Of a DNA stretch of 64,000 nucleotides, positions 54,874-64,000 are shown piece after piece. The notes under the pieces were generated by a model that was not told the DNA's origin, ran no database searches, and saw nothing but the letters and a program-made list of their open reading frames with translations. The stretch is from Vulcanimicrobiota bacterium (GTDB lineage: Bacteria; Vulcanimicrobiota; JAJTBE01): positions 2,972 through 66,971 of the forward strand of contig JAIORV010000097.1 in assembly GCA_021107945.1 (NCBI GenBank), read 5' to 3'. The first letter of the stretch is position 1, and each line of letters starts with the position of its first letter. The translations under genes were made by a program, and so were the position numbers.

Positions 54874-57867
54874 CTATCTATCTAGTATTTCTCTCACTTT
54901 GTTCAGGAAGTCTATCTGACTGAAAGGTTTTTCAATAAAATCAAGCCCCTCATCGAATTCATAATGTTCTTCCAGAACACCCCTGGAATAACCGGACATG
55001 ACAAGTGTTTTTATGTCGGGATCCATTTGCCGGATCTTCAAGGTCAAATCGACACCGTTTGTTTTCGGGAGAAGCAGATCAACGATTAACAAATCAGGCT
55101 TTTCATCAGCGGATTCATATTGTTGTTTTGCCTGCTCTGCGTTAGTGGAAAAGATAACTTTATAACCCGCATCATTGAGCATTCCCTTTATAAGTTTTCC
55201 TATCATACGATCATCTTCCACAACCATTATGCATTCAGAAGCTCCGGAAAGCGCATTCAAATCCGGGGGAGTCTTTTCCGAAATCCCGGATTTTTCCTCA
55301 ATTGCGGGGAAATATATATTAAATATAGTTCCCTCTCCAGGCTTACTTTCTACAACGATATAGCTTCCTGCCTGTTTTACCATACCATAAACAGTTGAAA
55401 GTCCCAGTCCGATTCCCCTTTCTCTATCCTTAGTTGTAAAGAAAGGCTCAAATATGTGAGATAAGGTTTCATCATCAAGTCCTACGCCGGTATCTCTTAC
55501 CGAGAGTGTTACATAACGGCCGAGTTTGACAAATGGATGGCTTCTTTGAAAAATATCATCAACCGTGAGCATTCCTGTCTGTATTACAAGATCCCCTCCT
55601 TCTACCAGAGCATCCCTTGCATTGACAACAAGATTCATTACAATTTGCTCAACCTGTGCGGGGTCAGCTTTCATCAGGGAAATAACAGGCGAAAGGATTG
55701 TTTTTAAAGAAATATTTTCCGTAATGAGTGGACGTATTATCCTTTGAATGTCTTTGATAATTGAATTGAGATCAACCACCCTGGGAGTTACAACTTGCTT
55801 CCTGCCAAATATCAACAACTCTCTTATCAAGTCAGACCCCTTGTCAGCCGCCTTGTTGATATCATACAAGTATTCAAGAATTGGATTTCCCGGTTTAAGC
55901 TTTTTTCCGGCTATTTCCGCATTTGCCATAATACTCATCAGAATATTTCTAAAATTGTGGGCTATTCCACCGGCAAGGCTCCCGATTGCCTCCATTTTCA
56001 TTGCCTGACTTAGCTGTTTCTCAAGCATAACTTTTTCAGTTATATCTGAAACCATTACCAGGTCGATGATGTATTTTCCGTTTTCATCAGCAAAAGGAGT
56101 GGCATGAATCCTTCCTGTTCTGTGACTTCCGTCTTTTGCCAGAAATTTAATTTCATAGGGAGGAATTTGCTCTCCCCTCATCCTCATATTGAAGTTATTG
56201 AGGACTTTACCGGCTGTTTTCTTATCCCATATGGGGAGTTCCATAATATTCTTTCCTATTACTTCATCGGCTTCATAACCAAGCCAATCGGTAATCCTAT
56301 CATTTGTCCCTATAAAACAACCGTTTTTATCAAAAAGCACTATAGCCTCCGGGGAGAGTTGAAATATTCTTCTGTACTTCTCCTCGCTTTGCCTTAACTT
56401 CCTTTCCATTTCCATGCGCCTTGTCACATCCCTGAATACCCCCCTTGTTCTGACCGGCTTTCCCTCTTCAAAGCGGCAGTTTGCGCCACCCTCAACTTCT
56501 ATGGTCCTGCCGTCCTTGCTTACGAACCTGGCTGAAATACCTTTTTCATTTTTACCCGATATCACCTGTTTAAATACAGCTTTACAATGCTCAATGCTAT
56601 CCGGGTGAATTATATCAAAAAGGTTCAGGTCGGCTATCTCCTCATCTGTGTATCCAAGAGTCTCTTTCCATGCCCTGTTTACATATTCAAATGAACCGTC
56701 AGTCCTCACAGACTGGATCAGGTCGTTCGCATTTTCGAAAAGGTCTCTGTATTTCTCTTCGCTTTCCCTTAGTTCTTCTTCTCCTTTTTTCCTCATAAGG
56801 GCGTTAATTAACACTTCTCCCACTATCTTCAAAAGGGTGATAGTATCTTCATTCCATTTTTTTTCAACTTGTATAGAGTCGAAGCCAAGAAATCCCTTGA
56901 TTTCATCCTGGTATATCATGGGAACAACAATCAGGGACTTGATTGATTCAATCTGAAATTCTTCTTTTTCCGCTAACGCTTCATCTGGAAGGTCATCCAC
57001 TCTTGGAACATAAAAAATATCGAAATTCCTTATTTTCCCGTTAAAATAAGGAAGAAAATCAGAATCAAGATCCGTCAATCTGTTTTTTTGTGACCCAATA
57101 CCCTCACCACACCACTCATGTGTATTACTCCTTTTTTTTCCATCATCCGAATAAAGAAATATATAGCTTCTATCGACATTGGAAAAATTGCCGATTTTTC
57201 TCAGGGCATGATTAATTCCACTATCTATTTCTTCCGGGGAAAGACTTATAAAATGGTTGGATATGGATGTTATGAGATCCTCAAATTGCAGGCGGTATCT
57301 TAATTCTCCCTCGATCTTCTTTCTCTCTTCAATCTCTTTTTTAAGTAACACATTAGATTTTACAAGCTCATCCGTTCTCTTTCTGACTTTCGCTTCAAGC
57401 TGATAGCGAGCCTTTATCAGGGAATCTTCCGCTTTTCGGCACTTTCTTGCCTGACTCTTTAATTTCTCGACCAACCCATGCTGATCCATTGCATACCGGA
57501 GGGTACGTATAAACAAGTCACTGTTTATCTCACCCTTTACCAGGTAACTCTGGGCGCCTCCCTTCAGGGCTTTCATTCCCATAGTCGGATCGTCCAGGGC
57601 GGTTAGCACGATTACAGGCTTATCGGGAGCTTTCTTGCGGACTTTATGTAAGGTCTCTATACCCTGACTGCCGGGGAGCCATAAATCAAGAAGAACTAAA
57701 TCTATCTTGTTATCGGCAAGATAACTGAAACACTTTACAAGATCGTCGGCATGCTTGATTTCAAAATCATTCCCGTCGGAAACCGAGAGAAGTTCCTGTA
57801 TAAATCTTGCATCATCCGGATTATCCTCAACTAAAAGAACTCTGATCTTTTCAGCCTCCATGAACAC
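54874..57867 (-). CDS. hybrid sensor histidine kinase: REC-coiled coil-GAF-PAS-PAS-HisKA-HATPase-REC
   Basis: N-terminal receiver (LLVEDNPDD...DLVLLDLWLPG). HisKA H-box AHNFRNILMSI. N/G-box HATPase (DTGVGL...GLGL). C-terminal receiver (MVVEDDRMIGKL...DLLIVDLLLPKTNG). Confidence 0.9.
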   Translation of the reverse strand: MFMEAEKIRVLLVEDNPDDARFIQELLSVSDGNDFEIKHADDLVKCFSYLADNKIDLVLLDLWLPGSQGIETLHKVRKKAPDKPVIVLTALDDPTMGMKALKGGAQSYLVKGEINSDLFIRTLRYAMDQHGLVEKLKSQARKCRKAEDSLIKARYQLEAKVRKRTDELVKSNVLLKKEIEERKKIEGELRYRLQFEDLITSISNHFISLSPEEIDSGINHALRKIGNFSNVDRSYIFLYSDDGKKRSNTHEWCGEGIGSQKNRLTDLDSDFLPYFNGKIRNFDIFYVPRVDDLPDEALAEKEEFQIESIKSLIVVPMIYQDEIKGFLGFDSIQVEKKWNEDTITLLKIVGEVLINALMRKKGEEELRESEEKYRDLFENANDLIQSVRTDGSFEYVNRAWKETLGYTDEEIADLNLFDIIHPDSIEHCKAVFKQVISGKNEKGISARFVSKDGRTIEVEGGANCRFEEGKPVRTRGVFRDVTRRMEMERKLRQSEEKYRRIFQLSPEAIVLFDKNGCFIGTNDRITDWLGYEADEVIGKNIMELPIWDKKTAGKVLNNFNMRMRGEQIPPYEIKFLAKDGSHRTGRIHATPFADENGKYIIDLVMVSDITEKVMLEKQLSQAMKMEAIGSLAGGIAHNFRNILMSIMANAEIAGKKLKPGNPILEYLYDINKAADKGSDLIRELLIFGRKQVVTPRVVDLNSIIKDIQRIIRPLITENISLKTILSPVISLMKADPAQVEQIVMNLVVNARDALVEGGDLVIQTGMLTVDDIFQRSHPFVKLGRYVTLSVRDTGVGLDDETLSHIFEPFFTTKDRERGIGLGLSTVYGMVKQAGSYIVVESKPGEGTIFNIYFPAIEEKSGISEKTPPDLNALSGASECIMVVEDDRMIGKLIKGMLNDAGYKVIFSTNAEQAKQQYESADEKPDLLIVDLLLPKTNGVDLTLKIRQMDPDIKTLVMSGYSRGVLEEHYEFDEGLDFIEKPFSQIDFLNKVREILDR

Positions 57868-58019
57868 ACCTCTGCCTTAAACTTCTTCACTCCAGCAGGA
57901 ATCCTATATATTTATACGAACTCATCTTTATTAATATTTATTTTTATTTTGGGATTTACTCTTTTCCTCTCTCATGTTAAGAAAAGTTATTATTTAGACT
58001 ATTTCTAATAAGTATTTTT

Positions 58020-58120
58020 CTTTTTGATCTGCGGCGAGACGCCGCAGCTACCGACGTTGTTATACCGCATTGTTATAATGGTGGGGGCGGCGTCCCGCCG
58101 ACCAAATAACAAGACATTAT
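58020..58120. repeat. third copy of the GCGGCGAGACGCCGCAG inverted-repeat element, preceded by a T-run
   Basis: ttctttttgatctgcggcgagacgccgcagctacc-gacgttgttataccgcattgttataat-ggtgggggcggcgtcccgccgacc. Confidence 0.75.
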
Positions 58121-58154
58121 TTTCGAGAAATAGCTTATATTCTAAATTAAAAAG

Positions 58155-59336
58155 ATGAACGAAAACATTCAACAACTTATTACAAAGGCGGAAAGTCAAT
58201 TAAAACGCAGGGAATATCGTAATGCCAGGCTTCTCTTTCAGGAAGCGGCCATACTTGCCCGGGACGAAAGGGACTTCCCATCTGCCGCCGATAATTTTTA
58301 TGCCGCCGGGACTGTTTCATATAAAGAAGGCAATATTAAGGATGCTATAAAGAATTTTCAAAAGGCGGGGAAAATATATTATAAAACCGGTGATAAGGAG
58401 CACCTGGCGGATGCGGGCTTTAACATAGGAAAATTATATCAGGAAATTGGAAGGCCCGAGGAAGCGGTGGAGCACCTGCGTATGGCTTATGATGTATATA
58501 GAGAACGCGGGGATATTGAAGACCTTGGCGACGCCGGGTACAACCTGGGACTTGTCTATCTGGATCTCGACAACACACAGGACGCTTACGATCCATTTTT
58601 CACAGCACTTGATTATTTCGAGGAAATGCATGAGGATGAGAATTTTGCCGATTGCATCTATCAAATCGGGAAAATGTTTTACATGGGAGGAAATCCTTCA
58701 CCGGCAAGAGAGTATTTCACTAAGGCGGTTGAGTTGTTTGAAAAACTTGGAATTGAAGACAGCAAAGCCGACAGTCTTTTTAAACTGGGGAACATATTCC
58801 TGGATATGGAAAAAACCGAGAATGCCCGGGATTATTTTAAAAAAGCTTTAAAAATATATACAAAGCTTGGCGAGAAAAAATACATGGCAGAAACCCTCAT
58901 AAATATGGGAACTGCAGATGAAGCTGAGTGTAATAATGAATCCGCTCGGGATATGTATAAAAAGGCACTCTCGTTATTTACTTCCCTGGATGATGAAGAG
59001 GGCAGAGGAGATGCTTTTTACAACCTTGCTGCCATGGAAAATGAATCGGGCGATTTTATGGAGGCGCTCAAGTTATTCTCCCTTGGCATGTTCTCCTATA
59101 AAAAATCCGACAATTTAGAGAACGAGGGTGATTCAAACCTTAGAATCGCCGGGATATATCGCAGTATGAATGATATGGATAATGCACTCTTCTTCTATAA
59201 AAAATCTATGATCTGCTTTGAAAAGAGTAAGAATTATAACAGGGCTAAAGAAGTGAGGGAGTTGATGGAGAAACTGATGACGCAGAACGGAGGACGGATT
59301 ACGGAAACCAGAGGTCGGAGGTCAGATGATGGATGA
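58155..59336 (+). CDS. TPR repeat protein (at least eight TPR units); C-terminus encoded by a repeat word
   Basis: Regular A..Y/F.....G.Y..A...F.+A 34-aa periodicity. The last 15 codons (ggacggattacggaaaccagaggtcggaggtcagatgatgg) match the ggaggtcgg repeat family. Confidence 0.7.
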   Translation: MNENIQQLITKAESQLKRREYRNARLLFQEAAILARDERDFPSAADNFYAAGTVSYKEGNIKDAIKNFQKAGKIYYKTGDKEHLADAGFNIGKLYQEIGRPEEAVEHLRMAYDVYRERGDIEDLGDAGYNLGLVYLDLDNTQDAYDPFFTALDYFEEMHEDENFADCIYQIGKMFYMGGNPSPAREYFTKAVELFEKLGIEDSKADSLFKLGNIFLDMEKTENARDYFKKALKIYTKLGEKKYMAETLINMGTADEAECNNESARDMYKKALSLFTSLDDEEGRGDAFYNLAAMENESGDFMEALKLFSLGMFSYKKSDNLENEGDSNLRIAGIYRSMNDMDNALFFYKKSMICFEKSKNYNRAKEVRELMEKLMTQNGGRITETRGRRSDDG

Positions 59337-61539
59337 TGAAAAATGGAAAGTGGATCTCGTTTCCCCCTTCCCCCTTCCCCCTTCCCCCTTCGATATAACT
59401 CTTGTAAACATCGTATTCCCCACTGATATAGGCACAAAAAAATACTACTACGTACCCGTAGGCGTACTTTCCCTGGCTTCATTCCTGGAAGAAAACGGTT
59501 TCTCCGCCGAGGTCCTGGACTATCAGCACGCGGTACATCCCCAGCTCGATAAACCGGAGAGTTACTATGAATTTCTTCTGAAAGCTAAATCAGATATTAT
59601 CGGGATCAGTGTGATGGCAAAAGATATGCCCGGAGTGATAATTGCATGCCAGATGCTGAAAAAGAAATATCCTCATAAGATCATCATTCTTGGCGGGCCC
59701 GGCCCCACAGGTGTGGCGAGAAAGTTGATGGAAGAATTCCCGTTTATCGATTTCGTTGTCCGGGGCGAGGGAGAATATACACTTCTTGAGCTGATGAGGA
59801 CGGTTTGTCGGAAGTCGGAAGATAGAAAATGGATGATGGAAAATGGAGAATGGATGACGGAGAACGGATCCCCTTTCCCACGTCCCTTTTCCCATTTCCC
59901 TTATGGGGGGGATGTCCCCGTCCCGATAAACACTGACAACGACACGGAATCTGACATTTTTAAAAATATAAAAGGCCTTATATATAGAAAAGGCAGCAAT
60001 GTAAAAGTTAACCCACAAAGAGAACGCATTGAAAATATCAATAATCTTCCTCTCCCGGCCTATCACTTAATCAACCCCAATAAATACAACCTTGTTTATT
60101 TTCCATCCACAAGAGGATGCAGACATTTCTGCACTTTCTGCGATCAGCCCGCTCTTTGGCAGGGGAAAGAAATCAGCAAGTCTCCGGATAGTGTTTTTAA
60201 TGAAATCGATTATATTACAAGAGAATTAAATGCGAAATGGGAGGTTGCCTTTTCCGACAATGAATTCTGTGCGGACGAGGAAAGATTCGTGGAATTTTGC
60301 CGCCGATACAAAGATGGAGGGTACAGATTCCATTTTTCAATGGATCGAAGGATAGATTCAGTTGACGAGGATTTCCTGAAAGCCGCCCGCAGTGTCAATT
60401 GCCGCTTGACATTATACGGCGTCGAATCCGGAAGTGACAGAGTTTTAAAAGAGATTAGAAAAGGATTCAAAAGTGAAAACATAAAATCTTCCCTTTTGCT
60501 GTCAGCAAAATATATGGATAACACCATTGCATCATTTATGTTCAATTATCCTTTTGAAGAATTGCGGGACTTCATCGCCACGCTGAATATAATTTATTCA
60601 CTCTGGCATAAACCCACCAGAAATTTTATCACATTTCAACTTCATTACCTGTCTCCACTACCTCGTACCCCGATATTTGAGAAATACAGAGATACGCTTG
60701 TCAGGCGCGATGTCTCGAACATGATGATATCAGGGCAAAATGAAACGCAGTATGAACAAGTTATAGATTATGAGAAGAATAAAGTGGCCGTACTGGCGAA
60801 GGTGTTGACGGAGGACGGAGAACAGAGAGCGGATCCCGCTTCCCATTTCCCGCTTCCCATTTCAAGCATTGTTGACAAATACCCTGATATTTTTGTCCCA
60901 TATTATACATACAAATCACCAGATCTTGACGTGAAGGAACATCTCATAAAATGCCTATATGTCGCCCTTGAGATTGATTTACAAAACGTATTGTTTAGGT
61001 ATGGTGATAATTTTATATACTTCGGGCAAGAAGAGATAAAATTCGAGGGCAAATTCGAGGAGGAAAGAGCTGACACCGTCTATTTCAAGCTTACCAGGAA
61101 TTTCTTTGACAAACCGGAAAGACTCCTGAATTTTCTGAAATCCAAGGGAAATGAAAAATATATCCTCTTCTCCGTTGACCTTGAAGGCGTTCCTGAAGAC
61201 AGGGACACGGGAGACAAGCTTTGCCAATTCCTGGAAGACCTCCGTATGGAAGGATTCAAATTCAAGCTTCTTTCCCATATTCCCCGGAAATATTTCAGAT
61301 TTACCCGGTACCTGAAAATGGAATCACAATTCAACATGCCTGTGGATCCTATATCGGCGCATGATTTCTTCTATGTTGACGAAAAGGGAAGAGTGTGCAC
61401 ATTCGACGGAAATAAATTGGACTATGTATGGGAATATGAAAGCAGAGAAGAGATACAACAAGCTATAGATGAAAATGAGAACCGGGAAGAGGACAAAATT
61501 AAAGAAATTAGAAAAAAAGATACATGCTCAGAAAAATGA
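59326..61539 (+). CDS. B12-binding domain radical SAM enzyme carrying three in-frame repeat-word insertions
   Basis: B12-binding region (IIGISVMAKDMPG...IIILGGPGPTG...FVVRGEGE). Radical SAM cluster motif RGCRHFCTFC (CxxxCxxC). Repeat-derived segments lie at 59341-59396, 59815-59933 and 60808-60866 without breaking the frame. Confidence 0.7.
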   Translation: MMDDEKWKVDLVSPFPLPPSPFDITLVNIVFPTDIGTKKYYYVPVGVLSLASFLEENGFSAEVLDYQHAVHPQLDKPESYYEFLLKAKSDIIGISVMAKDMPGVIIACQMLKKKYPHKIIILGGPGPTGVARKLMEEFPFIDFVVRGEGEYTLLELMRTVCRKSEDRKWMMENGEWMTENGSPFPRPFSHFPYGGDVPVPINTDNDTESDIFKNIKGLIYRKGSNVKVNPQRERIENINNLPLPAYHLINPNKYNLVYFPSTRGCRHFCTFCDQPALWQGKEISKSPDSVFNEIDYITRELNAKWEVAFSDNEFCADEERFVEFCRRYKDGGYRFHFSMDRRIDSVDEDFLKAARSVNCRLTLYGVESGSDRVLKEIRKGFKSENIKSSLLLSAKYMDNTIASFMFNYPFEELRDFIATLNIIYSLWHKPTRNFITFQLHYLSPLPRTPIFEKYRDTLVRRDVSNMMISGQNETQYEQVIDYEKNKVAVLAKVLTEDGEQRADPASHFPLPISSIVDKYPDIFVPYYTYKSPDLDVKEHLIKCLYVALEIDLQNVLFRYGDNFIYFGQEEIKFEGKFEEERADTVYFKLTRNFFDKPERLLNFLKSKGNEKYILFSVDLEGVPEDRDTGDKLCQFLEDLRMEGFKFKLLSHIPRKYFRFTRYLKMESQFNMPVDPISAHDFFYVDEKGRVCTFDGNKLDYVWEYESREEIQQAIDENENREEDKIKEIRKKDTCSEK

Positions 61540-62201
61540 AAGAAAAAGACATACCGTTCGTTGTGGAATTGCATTCCGGATATATCCCCGGCGCGCTGTT
61601 TCCAAAGCTGGGAAATAAATTCATGCATGCTCTTTATCACACGATGATTGACATGGATTGCGCGGTAAATTACGTATGGGAAATAGAAGTTGAAGATTGT
61701 AGGAGGGACGTCCCCGTCCCGATAAACGAAGGTCGGAAGTCGGGAGCTCCGAAACATAGAGGAGAAGACAAGGAATCTGAAGCCAGAACCGTCGCATTTA
61801 TTACTGCAACAACCGACTCGTCAGTTCTTTTCCGACAGGTACTCATCAAGAATTTCCCGCTGTTTGTATGGAGAACATTTCTATATTTAATGGGAAATCC
61901 GCTAAGAATAAGAGAGGTCTGGGAAACGGTCACATACTCGAAACTGGCGAAAGTCCCCGATGTTACCGCCGAGCTTCTATTCATTGCAATAGATAAAAAT
62001 TTCCGCAAAAAAAGTATATCAGACGACCTTGTAAACAAATGTCTCCAATGGGCAAAAGAAAAAGGTCATAATAAAATAAAAGTAACCACGTATACAACTA
62101 ATCACGGGGCAAATACACTTTTGGAAAGACTTGGTTTCAAATGTGCAAGAAAAGAGCCCTTCCGCGACAAGGAAATAAATTTGTATGTCCATAATCTATG
62201 A
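61524..62201 (+). CDS. GNAT-family N-acetyltransferase with an in-frame ~30-codon repeat-word insertion
   Basis: ELLFIAIDKNFRKKSISDDLVNKCLQWAKEKGHNKIKV is GNAT motif A. 61698-61790 (aggagggacgtccccgtcccgataaacgaaggtcggaagtcggg...) is a TTATCGGGA-hairpin module translated as EDCRRDVPVPINEGRKSG. Confidence 0.65.
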   Translation: MLRKMKEKDIPFVVELHSGYIPGALFPKLGNKFMHALYHTMIDMDCAVNYVWEIEVEDCRRDVPVPINEGRKSGAPKHRGEDKESEARTVAFITATTDSSVLFRQVLIKNFPLFVWRTFLYLMGNPLRIREVWETVTYSKLAKVPDVTAELLFIAIDKNFRKKSISDDLVNKCLQWAKEKGHNKIKVTTYTTNHGANTLLERLGFKCARKEPFRDKEINLYVHNL

Positions 62202-62209
62202 CAGGGAAA

Positions 62210-62400
62210 TAAGGAATACCAGGAATATTGCCTCTCAGGAAATTAGGAAATAAGGATAACAGATAACGAAAATTTTTCACCACGAAGCCGCGGAGTATGT
62301 AGGAGCACACTATAATAGGGACGTCCTCATCCCGATAAACGGATAATAGAGGATGGATAATGGACGGCAGAGGATGGGCGGCGGAATTTCACTTCAATAT
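62210..62400. repeat. mosaic repeat array downstream of the GNAT gene
   Basis: ggaaataaggaa/ggaaattaggaaataagg words, ttcaccacgaagccgcggag, and a gggacgtcctcatcccgataaacgg module (stem with a G.T wobble). Confidence 0.75.
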
Positions 62401-62512
62401 AATACTTCTTAAAACTAATGTCCAAATTGAAATACGGAGGGCAACCGCTCTCCGCATTTAAAGAAAATATTTTAAACAGAATTTATTATAATGGATCGAA
62501 ACTTACGATTAA

Positions 62513-62908
62513 TCAGGAATTAAGTTTTCTCTCATCATACATATAGATTCCCTCTTGCTTGTTTACGACCACAGCCACTTCTTTATTCTCGCTTGTTGAT
62601 TTCATTGAAACCATTTCGGTTTCACTGTCCGGTATTCTGCCGTAGCTTGCCGTCTCTTCGCCATTTGGGTGTTTGTATGAAATCGACATATCCTGTAGCT
62701 TGTTCATCTGTCCAGGAAGGGAATCGTAGTGCAACTTGGCGTTGAGGGATGTAGTGTCTTCATTCTGGGTGATGACCACTGATCCTTTTTTGGGGTCCTT
62801 GTCTTCCTGTGTGTTGTCCTTTGCAATAAATTGTTTTGCAACAGCCTTGGTTCCCGCTAAGACCGTCAAAGCCTGTTCTTTATTGTTTGATATGCTTTCA
62901 TTTTGCAT
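62513..62908 (-). CDS. hypothetical protein (131 aa)
   Basis: Clean ORF that is hydrophilic and Lys/Glu/Thr-rich, with no motif. Confidence 0.3.
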   Translation of the reverse strand: MQNESISNNKEQALTVLAGTKAVAKQFIAKDNTQEDKDPKKGSVVITQNEDTTSLNAKLHYDSLPGQMNKLQDMSISYKHPNGEETASYGRIPDSETEMVSMKSTSENKEVAVVVNKQEGIYMYDERKLNS

Positions 62909-63678
62909 TATATTTTCCTCCAGCCTATATTTTAGAATTTGAAACTATCGAAATTACAACTATATTATAGTCCGCATTGCGAGGAACATCAATTAACAAA
63001 ATGTAAACAATTGCTATATTATTGTTAAAAAAAAGGTAACTATTCACCGCAGAGGGCGCAGAGAGCGCGGAGAGAAGAAAAAGAGGAGAACTTTCATATA
63101 AGTACTTACGCAAAATGAGGAGTGAGTCCTGTCATACTGAAACAAGCCTGCCCTGACGAAGGCCAGGGTTCAGCACAGGTTTCTGAGCGGTACAAGAAAG
63201 AACGTAAGCATTCAGTCCTCCCTTGCAGGAGTAGCATCTTGCCACGAAAATCGAGGCTGGAAGCCTCTCCTTCAGTGATGGGTCTGAATAAATACTTAAT
63301 TTTTATACTCGAAAATCGGTATTCAGAATTTAGTGAATAGCAGACAATGCTTCTAATCCTCTGCGCCTGCACTGAGAATTCTCTGATTTATCTCTGTGCT
63401 CTCTGTGTTCTCTGTGGTAAAAAAACATAGGGGCTGAACAGTAACAAAAAAAAATTTTAAGTGTAGGGACTGCGAAAAATCGATAATGTCAAAATAAATT
63501 CATGAATCTATAGAAGGGAATGTTGCATAGCTAAAGAATTAATTATCTATACTCCCAAAATATGACACAAAGGCTCAGATTAGGACTGAATTATAGTATC
63601 TATATGCAGGGATCACCAGTTCTTGCTCAAGCAAATGACAAAATAGCGGGAGTATATAAAAAATGAGGAGGGATATGT

Positions 63679-63996
63679 ATGTTTGCCACAATTGTAACCG
63701 TAAAGATTAAACCGAAAAAATGGGAAGAAGCCTGGAAAATGGGAGAAAAGAGAGCCAAAGAGCAGACTCAAATTCCGGGGATGAAGGGCTATTTTGTAAT
63801 GTCCGATCTCAAAGCTCACAAAGTTGTGAAAGTTGTCTTATGGGAATCGGAAGAAGTCATGAAAAAATATGCCGAAAGCAGCGGAGTACACGAAGCCATG
63901 GAACAATCAGAAAAATATCTTGCAGGACCAATGGAGATAGTGAATCTTCCGGTGGTAGCTTCGAGCTTTTCTGATACCCCTGTATCGGTTATGTAA
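63679..63996 (+). CDS. ABM (antibiotic-biosynthesis-monooxygenase-like / Dabb) domain protein
   Basis: About 100 aa with the ferredoxin-like ABM pattern (TVKIKP...W...PG.KGYFVMSD...VVKVVLWESEE..K.). Confidence 0.45.
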   Translation: MFATIVTVKIKPKKWEEAWKMGEKRAKEQTQIPGMKGYFVMSDLKAHKVVKVVLWESEEVMKKYAESSGVHEAMEQSEKYLAGPMEIVNLPVVASSFSDTPVSVM

Positions 63997-64000
63997 ATCC

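Noticed and set aside
1-64000. rRNA genes, tmRNA, RNase P RNA, group II introns or retron reverse transcriptase
   Set aside because: I found no stretch resembling conserved rRNA cores, the tmRNA tag region or RT motifs (YADD) on either strand. A by-eye scan of 64 kb cannot exclude small ncRNAs.

Overview
This 64-kb window looks like a single bacterial contig, probably an uncultivated lineage, of moderate GC content. It is gene-dense, with about 45 credible CDSs, a cluster of three tRNA genes on the minus strand (Val-TAC, Glu-TTC, Met/Ile-CAT), and no rRNA or CRISPR array. Recognisable genes include pheT, coaD, gmhA, an EF-G family GTPase, a hybrid sensor histidine kinase, an ECF sigma/anti-sigma pair, a PPM/PP2C phosphatase, a zinc-ribbon/TPR Ser/Thr kinase-like protein with a degenerate catalytic loop, an M50 protease, a serpin, a HEPN/MNT toxin-antitoxin pair, a phospholipase D, a C11 peptidase, a GH57 glucan enzyme, a B12-binding radical SAM enzyme, a CoxM/YgfM-like FAD subunit and an SsnA-like amidohydrolase. 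The most unusual property of the window is a pervasive family of short modular 'word' repeats (CTYYGYG heptads ending in GGTGAA, GGGAARTGGGAA runs, ATCCGTTATCCG runs, a TTTATCGGGA-hairpin-TCCCTCCTACAGATCT module, long GC-rich GCGGCGAGACGCCGC inverted repeats, and palindromes such as CCCCCGGATTAATCCGGGGG). These fill almost every intergenic space as mosaic arrays, their hairpin stems show compensatory base changes between copies, and several copies sit in-frame inside coding sequences (radical SAM gene, GNAT gene, a P-loop gene C-terminus, a TPR gene C-terminus). A separate MITE-like element family with terminal inverted repeats is present in at least four full or partial copies. Two AT-richer cassettes look like accessory islands: a three-gene cassette next to the tRNA cluster (consensus promoter, small basic protein translationally coupled to a nucleotidyltransferase-fold protein, plus a staphylococcal-nuclease gene remnant), and a two-gene module of a P-loop NTPase plus an uncharacterised partner (24.6-27.3 kb). 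I regard these two cassettes and the in-frame repeat insertions as the best candidates for undescribed biology. All calls rest on reading motifs by eye, and no database search was possible.
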